A DNA stretch of 64,000 nt from Haliotis rubra (lineage: Eukaryota): the NCBI RefSeq assembly GCF_003918875.1, contig NW_025767261.1, positions 558,001 to 622,000 of the forward strand. The letters run 5' to 3'. Every line of letters begins with the position of its first letter. Positions within the stretch are counted from its first letter, which is position 1. The notes beneath the pieces are model-generated. The model did not search any database, was not told the origin of the DNA, and worked only from the letters and a program-made list of their open reading frames with translations. Shown here piece after piece: positions 61,847 through 64,000 of the stretch. Both the position numbers and the translations under genes were made by a program.

Positions 61847-63773
61847 GTAAGTTACTTTCTCAGATATTGGATGCAGAAATCTGTGAATATTGGAATATTT
61901 TGGTCTGCGCTTCAACCAAGTTGGTCGGCGAAGCAAGTTGTACATTTGACCCTCTCCTCTAAACAAACGTCAGGTCCCCCAAATCCCCAGCCCAACGCTG
62001 TTCCTGGCTGAGGCCAGCTGACCCGGGGAACTCTGGTCTTTTTGAATGCTATGTGATAGTGTGTATTTTCACGTCATAATTTTACGTGTGATATCATGTA
62101 TCAAACAGTGTGCATGATTTTACCATGCGTTTGGTGAGCCCCACTAACATGTGTTAAAACGTATTTGTAAATAAACCTGTTTACATTAGAGAAGTCAAAG
62201 TGGACATGGCTTTGTCTGAATAATGTGGCGATAGTTATCATAATGTTATATGAATTTCCATGGGTAGAAATGCAAATTAATTAAATTTTATGAGATAACA
62301 AAGAAATATTTATTCCAACGAATTTTGTTTCTTCTCATTCCACATTTGGCTTAACCGGGGAGACTTGTTGTACATTATCCCTGGCTTAAGTCAAGAAATT
62401 TCTATCTCAGAAACCCATAGTTATTATTTTTTTATGCATAGATAGCTTATTGGTGAAAAGGGTGATATCTAATATGATATAGTTATTCAGTGATATGTGT
62501 GGATTTTGTTTAATTGTTTTCAGTTTTGAGATGATCCCTTTCCATGCTCAATTGATCATTGTAGTTTTTGTTGCATAATCACTGTGAAGTGATTGTTTAT
62601 CAACTCACTGCTACAGTTTATTGAGCTGTAACATGATAATTACATTGATGTGTGTATTGAGACATGCTTGCATCGTATGTTGCCTTGAGGGCTACTGTGT
62701 CGTAAAGAGAATATAGCACTATCTGTTGGGAGTGTTGAAAGACATGCTGAAACTTTGTACAAGTTTACATATTGATCAGCATAAATCCCTTAGAAAATCA
62801 AGAATTGATTTAATTCTTATACTGCATGCAGTGTTGAGATTTATGCTGATTTTTTAGTGCATTACCAAAGGTCCATATAAAAGGAGTCCATTAAATTGGC
62901 CTCTGGACTTGAAAATATATTTAAAAAGCTTGAAAGTCAACAAAATGTCAAACAATTGCAGACGTGCTTGTATTATTTACAGATCTGTTTAAGGGTCTGT
63001 ATCAAGGATTAACTATTGATTTTCTCTTTATTCACACAAGTGGAGTTATAAGTACTATTGAACTTGTTCTGGTTGTCGATAATTCATTATGAAAATGTCA
63101 TTTTGGGGGATTTTAAGTGCTTGTTTAAATCTGAAGAATTTTTCTTCCCATGTCACCATGTCCCATTGTCAAAAGTACTCTAACGTCTTCTTAGGTGCCA
63201 GTATTATTTACTGAGTTGTGGCCCTTAGGTGATGCAGGATTTGTCACCATGAGTTTGAATCCCAGAGTCAGTATTATTCCTTGGTTGCATTCAACAACAA
63301 ACATGGAAGTCAAGGGTGAAAAGAGTTATATGGTCCACAGATTATAAACATTCTAAAACAGCATATCCCAGAAATCCTCTTTAATTTCTTTACTCTCTGC
63401 TCAAGTGTTTACAGAAGTGTTCACATCCAGGTTTCTTCCACATGTGGCAGGGACACCCACTATAATTGCTAATGATTGTGATTACAGTAACGACTCACTA
63501 TTACATCACCTCGGTCACCATCCCATGGAGGTGTGCTGGACCGTGCTACCTGCAGTAGGGGAACATCCCCTTGTCACAGTAAAGGTCAAGGGTTGACCAC
63601 ATGGGTGCAAGGTGTTAAACCCTGGTGTCCCCTCTTGGTGAAATACTCCAGCAGTAGCATAAAACCATAATCAGTCTGGACCATCATGTCCAACTATAAA
63701 CAGCAAATAGTTATGGTCACTTTACGTATGCGATATATATTTTGTGATATTACAGGACAAATATTATTCACAG

Positions 63774-64000
63774 TAGGGCTGCAACGATTCACCCAGACCT
63801 CGATTCGATTCCATTTTCGATATTGGACCCCCGATTCGATCATTTTCGATTCGATTCTTTATACAAGTAAAAACATCAGATTTCATTTGATTCTCAGAGT
63901 TGTCTTTTTAGCGTGAAATCCATTGTCAATTTGGCGATGTCTACTAACAACAATTCTCATTGGATAATTAGCCCGGCGTCAACCAATCATGTTTCGCCTT
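63774..64000 (+). mobile_element. Left end of a hAT-type MITE (cut by window end)
   Basis: Starts TAGGGCTGCAACGATT with repeated TTCGAT motifs, same architecture as the 33333 element. Confidence 0.55.

Overview
Eukaryotic, intron-rich animal DNA. The SINE and MITE repertoire suggests a mollusc, possibly a gastropod such as abalone (inference). Three multi-exon genes can be reconstructed by hand with consistent GT-AG phases: the 3' part of a DCDC1-like doublecortin-domain gene (+, 3622-10474), a complete kinesin-8 KIF18 gene (+, 24880-44468, 18 coding exons) and a complete CSTPP1/C11orf49 gene (-, 61023-47573, 9 exons). A probable signal-peptide first exon of a divergent fourth gene lies at 61801. 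Other DNA holds a decayed L1/Tx1-type LINE, a deleted FLYWCH-MULE transposase, tRNA- and 5S-derived SINEs, several MITEs with clear target-site duplications (one packed with telomeric repeats) and about 20 unrelated local minisatellites. Main unexplained pattern: the minisatellites repeatedly grow out of 3' splice acceptors, sometimes copying acceptor plus exon start. In KIF18 this gives 17 in-frame acceptors on a stop-free 48-bp repeat, which could add up to 255 aa to the kinesin tail. Two other satellites are tandem amplifications of the head (Pol III A/B boxes) and the tail of one SINE family. Most long ORFs in the track are repeat artefacts.
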